Positions 27,604 to 37,115 of a DNA stretch of 64,000 nt are shown here, piece by piece. Position numbers and translations under genes: made by a program. This DNA comes from Pseudomonadales bacterium (lineage in GTDB: Bacteria; Pseudomonadota; Gammaproteobacteria; Pseudomonadales; JAHRWD01). The stretch lies in the NCBI GenBank assembly GCA_016763075.1, contig JAESUM010000030.1, positions 4,994 to 68,993 on the forward strand, read 5' to 3'. A model generated the notes under the pieces. It ran no database searches and was not told the DNA's origin. It was given only the letters and a program-made list of their open reading frames with translations. The first letter of the stretch is position 1, and every line of letters starts with the position of its first letter.

Positions 27604-28031
27604 ATGAACGCAGCACTTATTGGTATCGCACTACTATGATTTTTGGTCGTGGGATTAGGGCTGTATGTCACAGTATGTAGAGGTATAACCGCTCCAATTA
27701 CCGGCCTAATTGCTGAGCCAGATAATAGGTTGAACAAGGCCATGCAAGCTCATGGAAACACCATCGAGTTTGCTCCAACGCTGGCAATACTGATCTACGT
27801 TTTGAGCGCTACAAACCCACCCGTGTGGATGTTGTGCTGTATGGTGATGGTAACGGTCTCTCGGTATTTGATATGATAGTAGCCGGTTTGATTTTTCCTA
27901 AAACGATGGCTACACCGAACCCTATGAGATTTATCGGGGCATTAGGTACTTATGGTTTTGGCTTGGCGTTAGCGATACAGGTAATCTGGAAGAATAAGAT
28001 AACTGCCAGTATGCGGCGAACTAGTCTATGA
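27604..28031 (+). pseudogene. MAPEG-family membrane protein gene, apparently disrupted (in-frame TGA plus a -1 frameshift)
   Basis: ATG 27604 gives MNAALIGIALL, then TGA (27637), then the same frame continues FLVVGLGLYV...GNTIEFAP...TVSRYLI* (27643-27876). The C-terminal part MIVAGLIFP...RFIGALGTYGFGLALAIQVIW continues in another frame from 27873. Confidence 0.5.
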
Positions 28032-28985
28032 AGGTAAGAATTCTATCGGGTAATTAACTCGAGTAACGCTGACATCCTTTTCTCCAAAAGAAAACATTTT
28101 AATCCGGGTTATTAGCTTGCGCTCTAAACGTTTGTGATTAAGTTCACTGCTTATAATCTGGCAAGCCGAAACAATGCCCGAAGGTTCTATTACTAGCTCA
28201 AGTACCACCTTACCTTGAAGGCTCGGATTTTTTCGAATAGCTCTATTATATAAAGCATATATCGCGCCTTTGTTCCTGTCGAAAATCCGTCTTACTTCTT
28301 CGATACTTCTAGATTTTACCGAATCTTCCGCGTCGTTATTAGCTAGTTGAAGTGAATCAGCGGATTCTATGCCACTCACTACCGCTGTACTTTGGTGTGC
28401 AGAAAGAGAAGTTCGACCAGTGTCCCTACTTAAGCTAGCGGTGCGAATTCCGCCACTTCCTTTTAACTGTTTTGAACCGATAAGGGAACGAGTTTTCTTG
28501 GCTGCTTTAGCGCCGGAATTACTTAATCGTTGGTTGGATGCTTGGCTTGGTTTTGCTTTTTGGCGCATTGCCATCAAGTCATCTTGAAAAGCTAAAAGAC
28601 CCGCGGAAGCAGCCTTTTTCTTTGCTTGAGAAACGGTCTGTACGGGTTTTGATTTTTTCTTCACCGCGGCTATTTGTTTAATAGGCGCTTTTTTGATGAT
28701 CTCTTTTTTTGTTTCTTTTAGCTTTTCCTGCGGTTTTTTCTTAACGATTTTTGGTGGGGGAGGTGGTGCCATTTTTTTTCGTTTAATAATTACCCGCGCC
28801 AAATGCTCAGGTAATTTCTCGGCCTGTTCGCGCTTGATTTCAGGAACACTAATGTAAGGTACGGCGATGCTGACCATTAACAGCAGTAAAAACAAACCCA
28901 GCAATATTTTACGAAACTGCGGGTCGCCACCTGCAGAGTTAGACCACGGCATTGAGTTATTGTCGGAATATGTGCTGGTAGACAA
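28026..28985 (-). CDS. TonB-like energy transducer with AgmX/PglI-type C-terminal domain (GltG-like)
   Basis: Short cytoplasmic N-terminus, one TM helix (ILLGLFLLLLMVSIAVPYI) and a Pro/Lys-rich linker (APPPPPKIVKKKPQEKLKE). The C-terminal domain reads GAIYALYNRAIRKNPSLQGKVVLELVIEPSGIVSAC. Confidence 0.65.
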   Translation of the reverse strand: MSTSTYSDNNSMPWSNSAGGDPQFRKILLGLFLLLLMVSIAVPYISVPEIKREQAEKLPEHLARVIIKRKKMAPPPPPKIVKKKPQEKLKETKKEIIKKAPIKQIAAVKKKSKPVQTVSQAKKKAASAGLLAFQDDLMAMRQKAKPSQASNQRLSNSGAKAAKKTRSLIGSKQLKGSGGIRTASLSRDTGRTSLSAHQSTAVVSGIESADSLQLANNDAEDSVKSRSIEEVRRIFDRNKGAIYALYNRAIRKNPSLQGKVVLELVIEPSGIVSACQIISSELNHKRLERKLITRIKMFSFGEKDVSVTRVNYPIEFLPS

Positions 28986-28989
28986 GGTA

Positions 28990-29502
28990 CTATACCTCGG
29001 GTGCAGCGGATTTTTTAACAGCGGTTTTAGTTACCGCCAATGAAATATCTGTATAACTTGCATCTGCACAGGTTGCCATTACTTGCTTCAGCAGATGGTA
29101 CGGAATGTCGTGGTTCCCCATGATGGTGACTGCCCGTTCCGGGGCGTCGGGGTTTGATACAGTTGACCGAGCAGCGTGGTGGCCTAGCTCGGTTGTAAGC
29201 GCAGAAATCGTATCGTTTCTACGATCAATAGCATCTACCTTTATTACCCTACGACCCTGAACAATAATTTCATTGTCGTTGATCAAAATCATAATGTTTT
29301 CACGGGGTTTACGTTCGGCAATCGACTCAGGCAATTTTATGGAATCGTTCTTCTGTAGAATTTCTACATCGGATGAATTGACCATTAAAAAGAATACAAG
29401 AATTGTGAATATATCCATCAACGAAACCAAATTGAGGGTGGGGCTACCTTTCATTTTTCCGAGGCGCCGGTTCATTCGTTTAGCTCGAACGGACTGTTTC
29501 AC
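28990..29502 (-). CDS. ExbD/TolR-family protein (AglS/AglQ-like)
   Basis: N-terminal TM with LNLVSLMDIFTILVFFLM, followed by a periplasmic domain. 4-nt overlap with the upstream exbD paralogue. Confidence 0.8.
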   Translation of the reverse strand: MKQSVRAKRMNRRLGKMKGSPTLNLVSLMDIFTILVFFLMVNSSDVEILQKNDSIKLPESIAERKPRENIMILINDNEIIVQGRRVIKVDAIDRRNDTISALTTELGHHAARSTVSNPDAPERAVTIMGNHDIPYHLLKQVMATCADASYTDISLAVTKTAVKKSAAPEV

Positions 29503-30038
29503 AGGGAATTAACACTCGCAATTTGAGGTGATTTCATCGGTGCGTCGCCAAGAGCAATTAACGGGAATAGCTCGGCATTAACCACCGATGTCGCAACTAC
29601 CGTTTGAAATGAGCGGACACTATCCATTAGCAATACGATCTCTTGATAGGGCGTCGATTCCATCGACAGTAAAGAAATACTCTTCTTTGGGACTCCTTTT
29701 TCGCGTAACTCTCGTTTCACCTGTTGAAGAAAGTCAGACAACATTTTCACATCTTGCTTGCCATTTTTTTTAGGAATTTCTCGGAGCAATATACCCTCTG
29801 GGTAATTCACCCGAAGGCCGGTGTCGAGGATGACGACTTCTAATTGTTGCTCGACGCCTGCTTGTTCAGCAGCGATTGCCGAACTGGGTAACTTGAGTTC
29901 AATGACAGTGATCTGTGAGAACACCATTCCAAGCAATAACACCGGTACCAAAACGATCATCAAATTCATGAACGCAGTAATATCGAGCTCTGCTTCCTGT
30001 TTGTGTTGGCCGCGGCGATTTCGCTTAGAAGAAAACAT
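29499..30038 (-). CDS. ExbD/TolR-family protein (second copy)
   Basis: LDITAFMNLMIVLVPVLLL TM segment with an ExbD-like periplasmic domain. 1-nt overlap with exbB. Confidence 0.8.
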   Translation of the reverse strand: MFSSKRNRRGQHKQEAELDITAFMNLMIVLVPVLLLGMVFSQITVIELKLPSSAIAAEQAGVEQQLEVVILDTGLRVNYPEGILLREIPKKNGKQDVKMLSDFLQQVKRELREKGVPKKSISLLSMESTPYQEIVLLMDSVRSFQTVVATSVVNAELFPLIALGDAPMKSPQIASVNSL

Positions 30039-30706
30039 TAGACATCATCTGTGGTGCGTGTTTTGCCAGGTACGATTCGTGTGCCGGACAAAATGTTCAT
30101 GAACTTAACGCCCGCCATCTCAAAACCATCGACAATTTCGGTGGTTTTGGTTTGAAGAAGAGCGTGGGTTAGTAGTAACGGAATAGCGGTGATCAAACCG
30201 AATGCTGTGGTGTTCATCGCCACCGATATACTTTGAGACAATAACGATGCCTTCTCAGAAGGGTCCGCATTGGCAACTGCGGTAAACGCTGCAATTAAGC
30301 CAATAATGGTGCCTAGCAAGCCAAGTAAGGTGGCAACGTTGGCCAGTGTTGCCAGGTATTGAGTGCGCTTTTCAAGCGGTGGAAGTGCTTCCATTACGCT
30401 TTCTTCCATTGCGTATTCGACATCTTCGCGGCGAGGGCTTTGAGTCGTTCTAAACAACCCAGCGGCTATGATGTCGGCTAAGGGTGCTTTTAGGGTTTTA
30501 GTCATACTAAGCGCTGCTTTGTACTCTCGTTTTTTTAACAGGGGCATTAATGAGTCGAAGGCTTTCTTATTTTTGAACTTAGCTTTGGTCAAAAACAGGT
30601 AGCGTTCCAGGGCAATGGCGAGGCCGAAGGTAAGCACGACGGCGATGGGGTACATGAACAATCCCCCTTCTTGAAAAAATCGTACGATCGTATTGTAGAT
30701 GTCCAT
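30038..30706 (-). CDS. MotA/TolQ/ExbB proton-channel protein (AglR-like)
   Basis: Three TM segments and the conserved C-terminal LLGLLGTIIGLIAAF...AMNTTAFGLITAIPLLL. Confidence 0.85.
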   Translation of the reverse strand: MDIYNTIVRFFQEGGLFMYPIAVVLTFGLAIALERYLFLTKAKFKNKKAFDSLMPLLKKREYKAALSMTKTLKAPLADIIAAGLFRTTQSPRREDVEYAMEESVMEALPPLEKRTQYLATLANVATLLGLLGTIIGLIAAFTAVANADPSEKASLLSQSISVAMNTTAFGLITAIPLLLTHALLQTKTTEIVDGFEMAGVKFMNILSGTRIVPGKTRTTDDV

Positions 30707-30745
30707 AGCTGGTTCTCGTAAATTAATTTGAAAAGCAGGTGCAAA

Positions 30746-31099
30746 CTAACGAGAGCTGGAACTGCTTAAAAGTTGTACTTTTTTATAGTAGTTGAATTCA
30801 CGAGCTATAGATTGGGGATTAACAGGTTTGAGAACTCCGTCAATGTTTACGAGAGCAGTGGTTGGCTTAGACAGAAAATCTGATCTCTTAGGCTGACCCC
30901 AAGGTACGATATACATGATGCTCGGCTGTTCTTCGTTACCTAGGATCTGTGAGTTTTCGAGCTGAATTAACTTTTCTGTAGCCAGCAATGATGGGCTTGC
31001 AAGGGTGAGCCCAGTTGCGACTAAGTAGACGGCGAATTTGGCAGGAAATGCCGCAAATGACGCAAATGCGGAAATGTAGGTGGTAGAGGTAATTCGCAT
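30746..31099 (-). CDS. Small secreted hypothetical protein (position equivalent to GltF)
   Basis: 117 aa with a hydrophobic N-terminus and no motif recognised. It is co-directional and lies 39 nt upstream of exbB. Confidence 0.5.
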   Translation of the reverse strand: MRITSTTYISAFASFAAFPAKFAVYLVATGLTLASPSLLATEKLIQLENSQILGNEEQPSIMYIVPWGQPKRSDFLSKPTTALVNIDGVLKPVNPQSIAREFNYYKKVQLLSSSSSR

Positions 31100-31191
31100 A
31101 ACAAGGTTCTCGCGAGGATTGGTTCGATAGCGTAGTTACGGGCAAAGCGCCGATAAAGCGCTTACTGTGCGGTTGAAATGCCCGCCAAAGC

Positions 31192-31857
31192 TTAGCGCTG
31201 GGTTAGGGCTTCTTGGGCCTTTATTCGGTTTTTAATGTCGATGATCCAGCCTTTTAAGGCTGGATTGGGCTGGGTTAACAACGTTTGATAGTGCTGATAT
31301 AACACCAACGCCTGGGTCAGTTTGCCCATATACAGGTCGTATAGAATGGCCAAATCTTTATGAACTTCAGGGTGGTTGGAATCTACTCTTTTGGCAGCAA
31401 TGTAATGGCGCTCAGCATCTTCAAACCGTCCCTTCTTCCTATACAAGATTGCCAGCTGATGATGCCCAGAAAAACTAATAGGGTTTGCAGATATCGCCTG
31501 TTTCAATAAGCCAATGGCTTGATCTGGTTGGTTGCGCTGAACATGTATCAGCGCCAAATTGACGTAGGGCCCGGAATAACTGGGGTAGTCTTGGGTGAGT
31601 GAGCCAAATTCTACAAATGCTCGTTTTGTCTTGTTCTGTTGCAGCAGTGTTAGCGCATGTTGGTAACGCGAGCGTAATGAGGCAGGTATAACTGCTGGTG
31701 CGACAGTTTCATTGATGGCCACTGTCGTGTCTGGCCGCGTAGCTTGCCCGCTACAGCCTGCCAAAAATAAGGTGGCGACGACCAAAAAAATGGTTACAGG
31801 TTTGCAACCATAACGATGGATGTTAAAAATTGGGTGTAGCGGGTTAAAGGATTTCAT
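31192..31857 (-). CDS. TPR-repeat lipoprotein (GltE/AglT-like position)
   Basis: Lipobox LFLAGCSG and TPR-like repeats (AFVEFGSLTQDYPSYSGPYVNLALI..., GRFEDAERHYIAAKRVDSNHPEVH). Overlaps the upstream gene by 14 nt. Confidence 0.65.
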   Translation of the reverse strand: MKSFNPLHPIFNIHRYGCKPVTIFLVVATLFLAGCSGQATRPDTTVAINETVAPAVIPASLRSRYQHALTLLQQNKTKRAFVEFGSLTQDYPSYSGPYVNLALIHVQRNQPDQAIGLLKQAISANPISFSGHHQLAILYRKKGRFEDAERHYIAAKRVDSNHPEVHKDLAILYDLYMGKLTQALVLYQHYQTLLTQPNPALKGWIIDIKNRIKAQEALTQR

Positions 31858-34800
31858 CGGTATATGTAATCACTGCTTCGTGTTTATTGTATCGAGCCGG
31901 TAGCAACTTAGATAACGAATCAAAACTGCGTTGAACGCCCTTATCGTAAATGCCATTCCACGCACGTTGAGCGTTGGTTTCATGAATGGTGATGGCCTCT
32001 TCTTCAAAGGGGTATGCCTGCTCCTCAAGTAATACTTCATATTGCTCAAGCTCCAATTCGTTAAGACTGTTGGGGCGTTCTGAATCAATAAGATCTGCGC
32101 TTAGTTGCTCGTAGATATGGCCAATTCTGAAGTTGGCAATGGTGGTGAATTCAGCAATTGCATAGCCAAGTACTAGGTTGAATGTACCAATGGCTTTATC
32201 AAATAGTTTCTTTTTCTTGCTCAAAGATTTTCTGATTGGAAGTGTGAGTTTTACTCTTTCAAATCCCACCCGAGCATCTTCGGCAAATACCAAAGTGGCT
32301 TGTGCTGCCAAATAACGTGACCGGTCAGTACGTTTACTCGCTGCAGTGGTTTTATCTAATGTAATGATTTTATTGAGCCAGTAGCGCCGTTTAGAATCTG
32401 CGCCCTTGGCCAAATAAAGCTGCTCAAGTTTATGGCGTGCCTCCAGTGCATCGTCTAATGGTGCGGGGTACGCGTGGGCATACTGCCGGTAATATTGAAT
32501 AGATTGATCAGCTTTGTTGGCTTTTTCATAGGTCTGCGCAGCTAAAAATAAGGTTGCGCGCTTCTCAGTTACATCAAGCGTTTTGTTTGAAAGTTTAATC
32601 AGTTCGTCTGCGGCTTCTGGCCATCGGTCAAGTTTTTGCAGAGCAGTGATTAGCAAATGTGGGGTATTCACATTTAACGGGTTATTAGGAAAGCGCTTGC
32701 GAAAATCCAAAATTTGAACCGCAGCGGGTGCCCATTGGTTTAGCGCAGTCATCTGTATGATGGCGTCATATTGCGCCGAGGTGCGAATCGATGAAGTGGG
32801 TGCGGCCTTTATAATACGAACAAAATGGTCAATGGCTTGTTGTGGTTGTTGCGATGCCATCGCCAGCTCCGCTTGCTTATAAATAGAAGCTGCTAGGCGT
32901 TCGTTAAGCGCATCGTATTCTTTGCTTGTGCTAGCTGCTCGTAAATTAAAATAGGCGCTCTCGGCGGGGGCGTATTGTTCTAGCGCAAATAAACTATGAG
33001 CCACTACCCGGCGGGCAATGCTGCGTTGTGCTGGGCCAGTGTTGTTTTTTGGCATCGCCAGTAGTTGGGTCGCGCGATCCATAGCGCGTTGATACCGGTT
33101 ATTCGAAAATAACTCTTCTACAGTTTTGGTTAACACCGCAGAGACTCGCTGATCACCGGGAAATAATTCAACGAATCGCAATTGTGAATCAATTTTTTGA
33201 TAAATGATTTCGCCGCGTTGTTCTACAGACGCTGCGGCTAGCCATTTTTTATAACTATGAATAGCACCATAAGCAGCATCTGCTGAGTGTTCTTCTGTGG
33301 GGTATTGATAGGCCGATTGCTCGTACGCTGCGATGGCAAGGGGGTACATAACTCGGTTATAAAAGGTTTCCGCAAGGAAATAATAAGCCTTTGCAGTAGC
33401 CGGATCATTTTCAAATAGCGTTACAAATAATTGGTAATAATGGGACGCTTTGATGTAATGTTCATCACGTTTTTTACGGGCTGCGATGTGTTTTTCTTTA
33501 GTGTTTTGCGCTAAAGAATGGAAATGAGTGGCCAGCTCATGCACGTATTTGTTCAACCGCATTTGAGTATCGGCTTGTTGATTATTAATAACGGTATCGA
33601 GCGCTGTGTCTTGGGTAGCGCTAACGGTCGGGCTTTGGTCTGTGTTCGGGGGAAGGTTTTGCGACGCTATTTTCGCTGACGTTTGCATAGGGTCTAGTAC
33701 AGTTTTCGCTTTAGTAGACGGCTTTGAAACTGGCTGGTCGCTACGAAACCCATACTGTTCGACAAAGGAGAGTTTCTCTTTGAACGCTGCGCCAAGAAAA
33801 GCGCCAGCCAAATAAGCGTCTACTTTTAAACCAAAATAGATGGCTGCGTAGCCATTGCCAGGGTATTTCACAATATAGGCCTGGTACGTATCGGCAGCAT
33901 CGATATACCTGCTTTTCTTTAAATATTCTGATGCCAACCGGCTAAATAGTAAGTGTTCGTACGGGCGCGCACCGGTGATAGCCAATAAATCATTAATTGC
34001 TGGAGCGCCACCGCGCTCAGAAAAAATCCAGCTCATCACACGAAGGACATCGTTTAACTGCTGCTGAGTGGCAGGGTCAACTGAAGCCGGAGGAGTGGCG
34101 CCATCAAAGCGGAAATCCAGTAGTGTGATAAATGCATCCAAAGACGAGTCAAATTTCTCTTGTTTAAAACGGCTCCAACCCAACATGTAAAGTGAGTTTT
34201 TATAGAATGTTGAGGTGATATCGCGATCAACTACCGATAAGTACGCTTGTTCCGCACGTGCATATTGGATATCGGAAAATAGAAATTCTGCGATACGAAA
34301 CTGAGCTTCAAGCCAATACGGTGAGTTTGGAAAGTTCTCAGTCAGTTGGGTTAACGCCGCAACCGCTTCTTCTATTTGGGTATCCAGTTCGTAGGCTTTG
34401 GACAGCTGGTAGAGTATTTCGTCGTTGTCGGTACGCTCAGGGTACATTTCAAGTAGTGCAACATAGGCTGCTATGGTGTCGCCGTATTGGTTTTCTATAG
34501 TTTGAGCTAGCTCGGCATTGTTTACTTTGGCCATGGTTACGTTGCTGTCATCAACGGGTGCTGAGTCGGCATGTGGTTCGGCGACTGGAGCGCTAGCGGT
34601 GTTATTTTCAAATTGCATTGAGCCCATTTGACCAGTATTTGAATCTCCAACTTCTGACTCGAGGCGCTCGCTTTTTAACATCTCAAGTTCAGCTAAACGT
34701 TGCTGAAGGTTAACAATGATTAACGGGTCTTTGGCTAACGTAAGAACCTTTTGGTAGTTGGCTACAATCTCTTCATGCGAAGGTGTGGCAGTGACGTGAG

Positions 34801-34963
34801 GTAAAGGTAATTGGATGGGTGCTAGCGGTACCTCCAACGGCGCGTCGGTTTTTAATAACAAGCTACCCACTGTATCGGTTGCGACTTCAGTTTTTGTATG
34901 GAATATTGAGCAACCCGAAAGAAAGACCAAAGCTACCAGCGCACATCGTCGTAGATATCCCAT
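31844..34963 (-). CDS. Large (1039-aa) TPR-rich lipoprotein (GltD/AgmU-like)
   Basis: Lipobox VFLSGCS. TPR-like helical repeats run throughout. 1-nt overlap with the upstream gene. Confidence 0.6.
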   Translation of the reverse strand: MGYLRRCALVALVFLSGCSIFHTKTEVATDTVGSLLLKTDAPLEVPLAPIQLPLPHVTATPSHEEIVANYQKVLTLAKDPLIIVNLQQRLAELEMLKSERLESEVGDSNTGQMGSMQFENNTASAPVAEPHADSAPVDDSNVTMAKVNNAELAQTIENQYGDTIAAYVALLEMYPERTDNDEILYQLSKAYELDTQIEEAVAALTQLTENFPNSPYWLEAQFRIAEFLFSDIQYARAEQAYLSVVDRDITSTFYKNSLYMLGWSRFKQEKFDSSLDAFITLLDFRFDGATPPASVDPATQQQLNDVLRVMSWIFSERGGAPAINDLLAITGARPYEHLLFSRLASEYLKKSRYIDAADTYQAYIVKYPGNGYAAIYFGLKVDAYLAGAFLGAAFKEKLSFVEQYGFRSDQPVSKPSTKAKTVLDPMQTSAKIASQNLPPNTDQSPTVSATQDTALDTVINNQQADTQMRLNKYVHELATHFHSLAQNTKEKHIAARKKRDEHYIKASHYYQLFVTLFENDPATAKAYYFLAETFYNRVMYPLAIAAYEQSAYQYPTEEHSADAAYGAIHSYKKWLAAASVEQRGEIIYQKIDSQLRFVELFPGDQRVSAVLTKTVEELFSNNRYQRAMDRATQLLAMPKNNTGPAQRSIARRVVAHSLFALEQYAPAESAYFNLRAASTSKEYDALNERLAASIYKQAELAMASQQPQQAIDHFVRIIKAAPTSSIRTSAQYDAIIQMTALNQWAPAAVQILDFRKRFPNNPLNVNTPHLLITALQKLDRWPEAADELIKLSNKTLDVTEKRATLFLAAQTYEKANKADQSIQYYRQYAHAYPAPLDDALEARHKLEQLYLAKGADSKRRYWLNKIITLDKTTAASKRTDRSRYLAAQATLVFAEDARVGFERVKLTLPIRKSLSKKKKLFDKAIGTFNLVLGYAIAEFTTIANFRIGHIYEQLSADLIDSERPNSLNELELEQYEVLLEEQAYPFEEEAITIHETNAQRAWNGIYDKGVQRSFDSLSKLLPARYNKHEAVITYTDEIL

Positions 34964-37089
34964 TAGATTGACCCTTCTTGAACTTGTGGTTCAAGTTGAG
35001 AGTCAGTAGCGTGCGCGCTCAGTTCTGGCGCAGTATGCATGCGTGAGGTCGCTGTTGTTGATGTTTCCGGTTCAGTCGGTGATTCTTCATCAACTGCTGA
35101 TTCATCCGTTTGAGTATCCGTAATGGGCGCATCCGTTAAGCGAGCAATGGCTAAATGGCTGTGCACCAAATATTGCCGAACCTCTTCCTTTTTACTATCT
35201 AGAGCCAGCAAATACATATGCTGTATTTTCAGTTCTTGTTGTGAAATGAGTCGTTCAATTGATTGTGCTGTTTGTTCTAATCTTTGTTTAAAGTCCTCAA
35301 CTTTTTGGGTAATAGGGCCAGATGTACTAGCCTGCTGAATAATTATGTTCTGAAGTTGTTTCTGTATTTGTTTTGACGATGCAATGGATTTTTCAATTTC
35401 ATTAAGCCCTTTCTTTGCTTGCCAAATACGCGCTGGAAAGGCCTCAGAAAGGTTCCACAACAATATTCCGTTGATACGCTCTACACGCTGTTGATAGCGA
35501 GCTTTGTTCGATGCTTTGGTGATAGCAGCGAGGGTGCTATTGGAGCGTTTAATGCGTTTCATATACCCAATTTCATCGGCATTCATTAATGAATACGTCG
35601 AATTTGTTTTTTCAATGTGGGATACGGTAGCTCTAAGTTGCCTTGCTTGCTCTGCCGTTTGTGACTGCTGTAAAGATGATATTTCACTACTGATAATGGG
35701 TGCTTTTTCTTCGTGATGGGTATCGACAGTTTCAATAAGGTAACCAAAAGAAGCCAAATCTTGGCGGCGAGTGCCTACCGTATAACTGAGCTGATAAAGC
35801 TCGGCAAGAGCGGTTAAGTCTTCGTGAATATTTTGGTTTTCAAGATAGCCACCAATCAATACGGTTTCGTTGGTAACCGGAAAATTCACAGAGCCTTTGT
35901 GCCAATCAATCGTTTTACCTGTTTTAAACGGAGCCATAAATTCGAATAAGCGGCCATTTCCGACGCCGGTTTTAATGCTATCCAATTCAGACATCAACGC
36001 TTCATATTGCGACACCGCGCTGTTGTACTGGCGCAATGCAGCATGAGTGTTATCCATCGAAAGGTATACAAAGGGGATCGCGATGCGGCTTTTTTCTGCT
36101 TCGGGATACAGTGAATAATTAGCCAGTAATTGATTCCAACTCGCCAACGCCTGGGTTGGTTTGTCGGTGTAATATGCAGCCCAACCTTGGCCAAACAATG
36201 CTTCGCCGGAGTAGGGGCTGTCGATCTTTATCAAACTAAAGTGGTTGAATGCTGCGTTAAAGTCTTGTTCTACGATGCTCATTTGGGCTGCGGCAAGATG
36301 CGCACGGTCTTTTAATAATCGTACTTCTAGTTGTGAGCTTTTAAGGCTAGTAATGGTACCAAGGTGCGAATGGGCAGCGCCGAAGTTTTTGTTTTTCTGC
36401 TCAGCAACCGCCAAATTAAATGAGGTGTAGGCACGTAAAACAGGGTCGTTAGTTCTTTTGATAAGCGCTAAAGCTTCGTTGAGCTGACCGTTGTTAATAT
36501 ATACGTTGGCTTTTAAGCGCTCGTATGTAGCGCGGAGTTTATGGGGTAGCTCGTCGCCGATATTGTCGATAGCCTTATAAGATTGTTGCCAATTTTGTTT
36601 GTCAGCGTAGAGTTTAGCGAGGTAAAACCAAGCAATATCTTGTTGCGGCCCGCCAAGGGTTTTATCTGCAACATTTTTGATTAAATCCCGTGCGTTATTC
36701 TGCATGCCGTAAGAAAGCATGATGCCGGCTTCAAGAATTTGCATGGCTTGTTGGTGGGTGCTGGGCTCTTTGGATAAGCTAACCTGTCGGTTGTTAGCCG
36801 CGCTGATTTCGACCAATGCTTGAAAATAATTACCCTGATTAAATTGATACAGGGCAATACCGAAAGAATGCTCAAGATTAGTAGTGACCGTTATCTCCGG
36901 TAATTTTGCGGCAGCATCGGTATCAGCGCCGATGGTTTCGTGCGTCAGATTACCAATCTCTAATAGAGACTCTTGTTCGGAATCGGTTTGCGCGCCAGCA
37001 TAAGATGCCATTGATAAAACCAGTGCAATACTGGTCGCACGGCATAGCCGTTGGGTTCGGCTATAAAATGAAAAGATCATCGGGTGCAT
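34963..37089 (-). CDS. 708-aa secreted TPR / coiled-coil protein
   Basis: Signal peptide (ALVLSMASYAGA), an N-terminal TPR-like region and a C-terminal Q/E/K-rich coiled-coil. Confidence 0.55.
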   Translation of the reverse strand: MHPMIFSFYSRTQRLCRATSIALVLSMASYAGAQTDSEQESLLEIGNLTHETIGADTDAAAKLPEITVTTNLEHSFGIALYQFNQGNYFQALVEISAANNRQVSLSKEPSTHQQAMQILEAGIMLSYGMQNNARDLIKNVADKTLGGPQQDIAWFYLAKLYADKQNWQQSYKAIDNIGDELPHKLRATYERLKANVYINNGQLNEALALIKRTNDPVLRAYTSFNLAVAEQKNKNFGAAHSHLGTITSLKSSQLEVRLLKDRAHLAAAQMSIVEQDFNAAFNHFSLIKIDSPYSGEALFGQGWAAYYTDKPTQALASWNQLLANYSLYPEAEKSRIAIPFVYLSMDNTHAALRQYNSAVSQYEALMSELDSIKTGVGNGRLFEFMAPFKTGKTIDWHKGSVNFPVTNETVLIGGYLENQNIHEDLTALAELYQLSYTVGTRRQDLASFGYLIETVDTHHEEKAPIISSEISSLQQSQTAEQARQLRATVSHIEKTNSTYSLMNADEIGYMKRIKRSNSTLAAITKASNKARYQQRVERINGILLWNLSEAFPARIWQAKKGLNEIEKSIASSKQIQKQLQNIIIQQASTSGPITQKVEDFKQRLEQTAQSIERLISQQELKIQHMYLLALDSKKEEVRQYLVHSHLAIARLTDAPITDTQTDESAVDEESPTEPETSTTATSRMHTAPELSAHATDSQLEPQVQEGSI

Positions 37090-37115
37090 GAGGTTGGTAC
37101 GGTAAGCAACATTGT

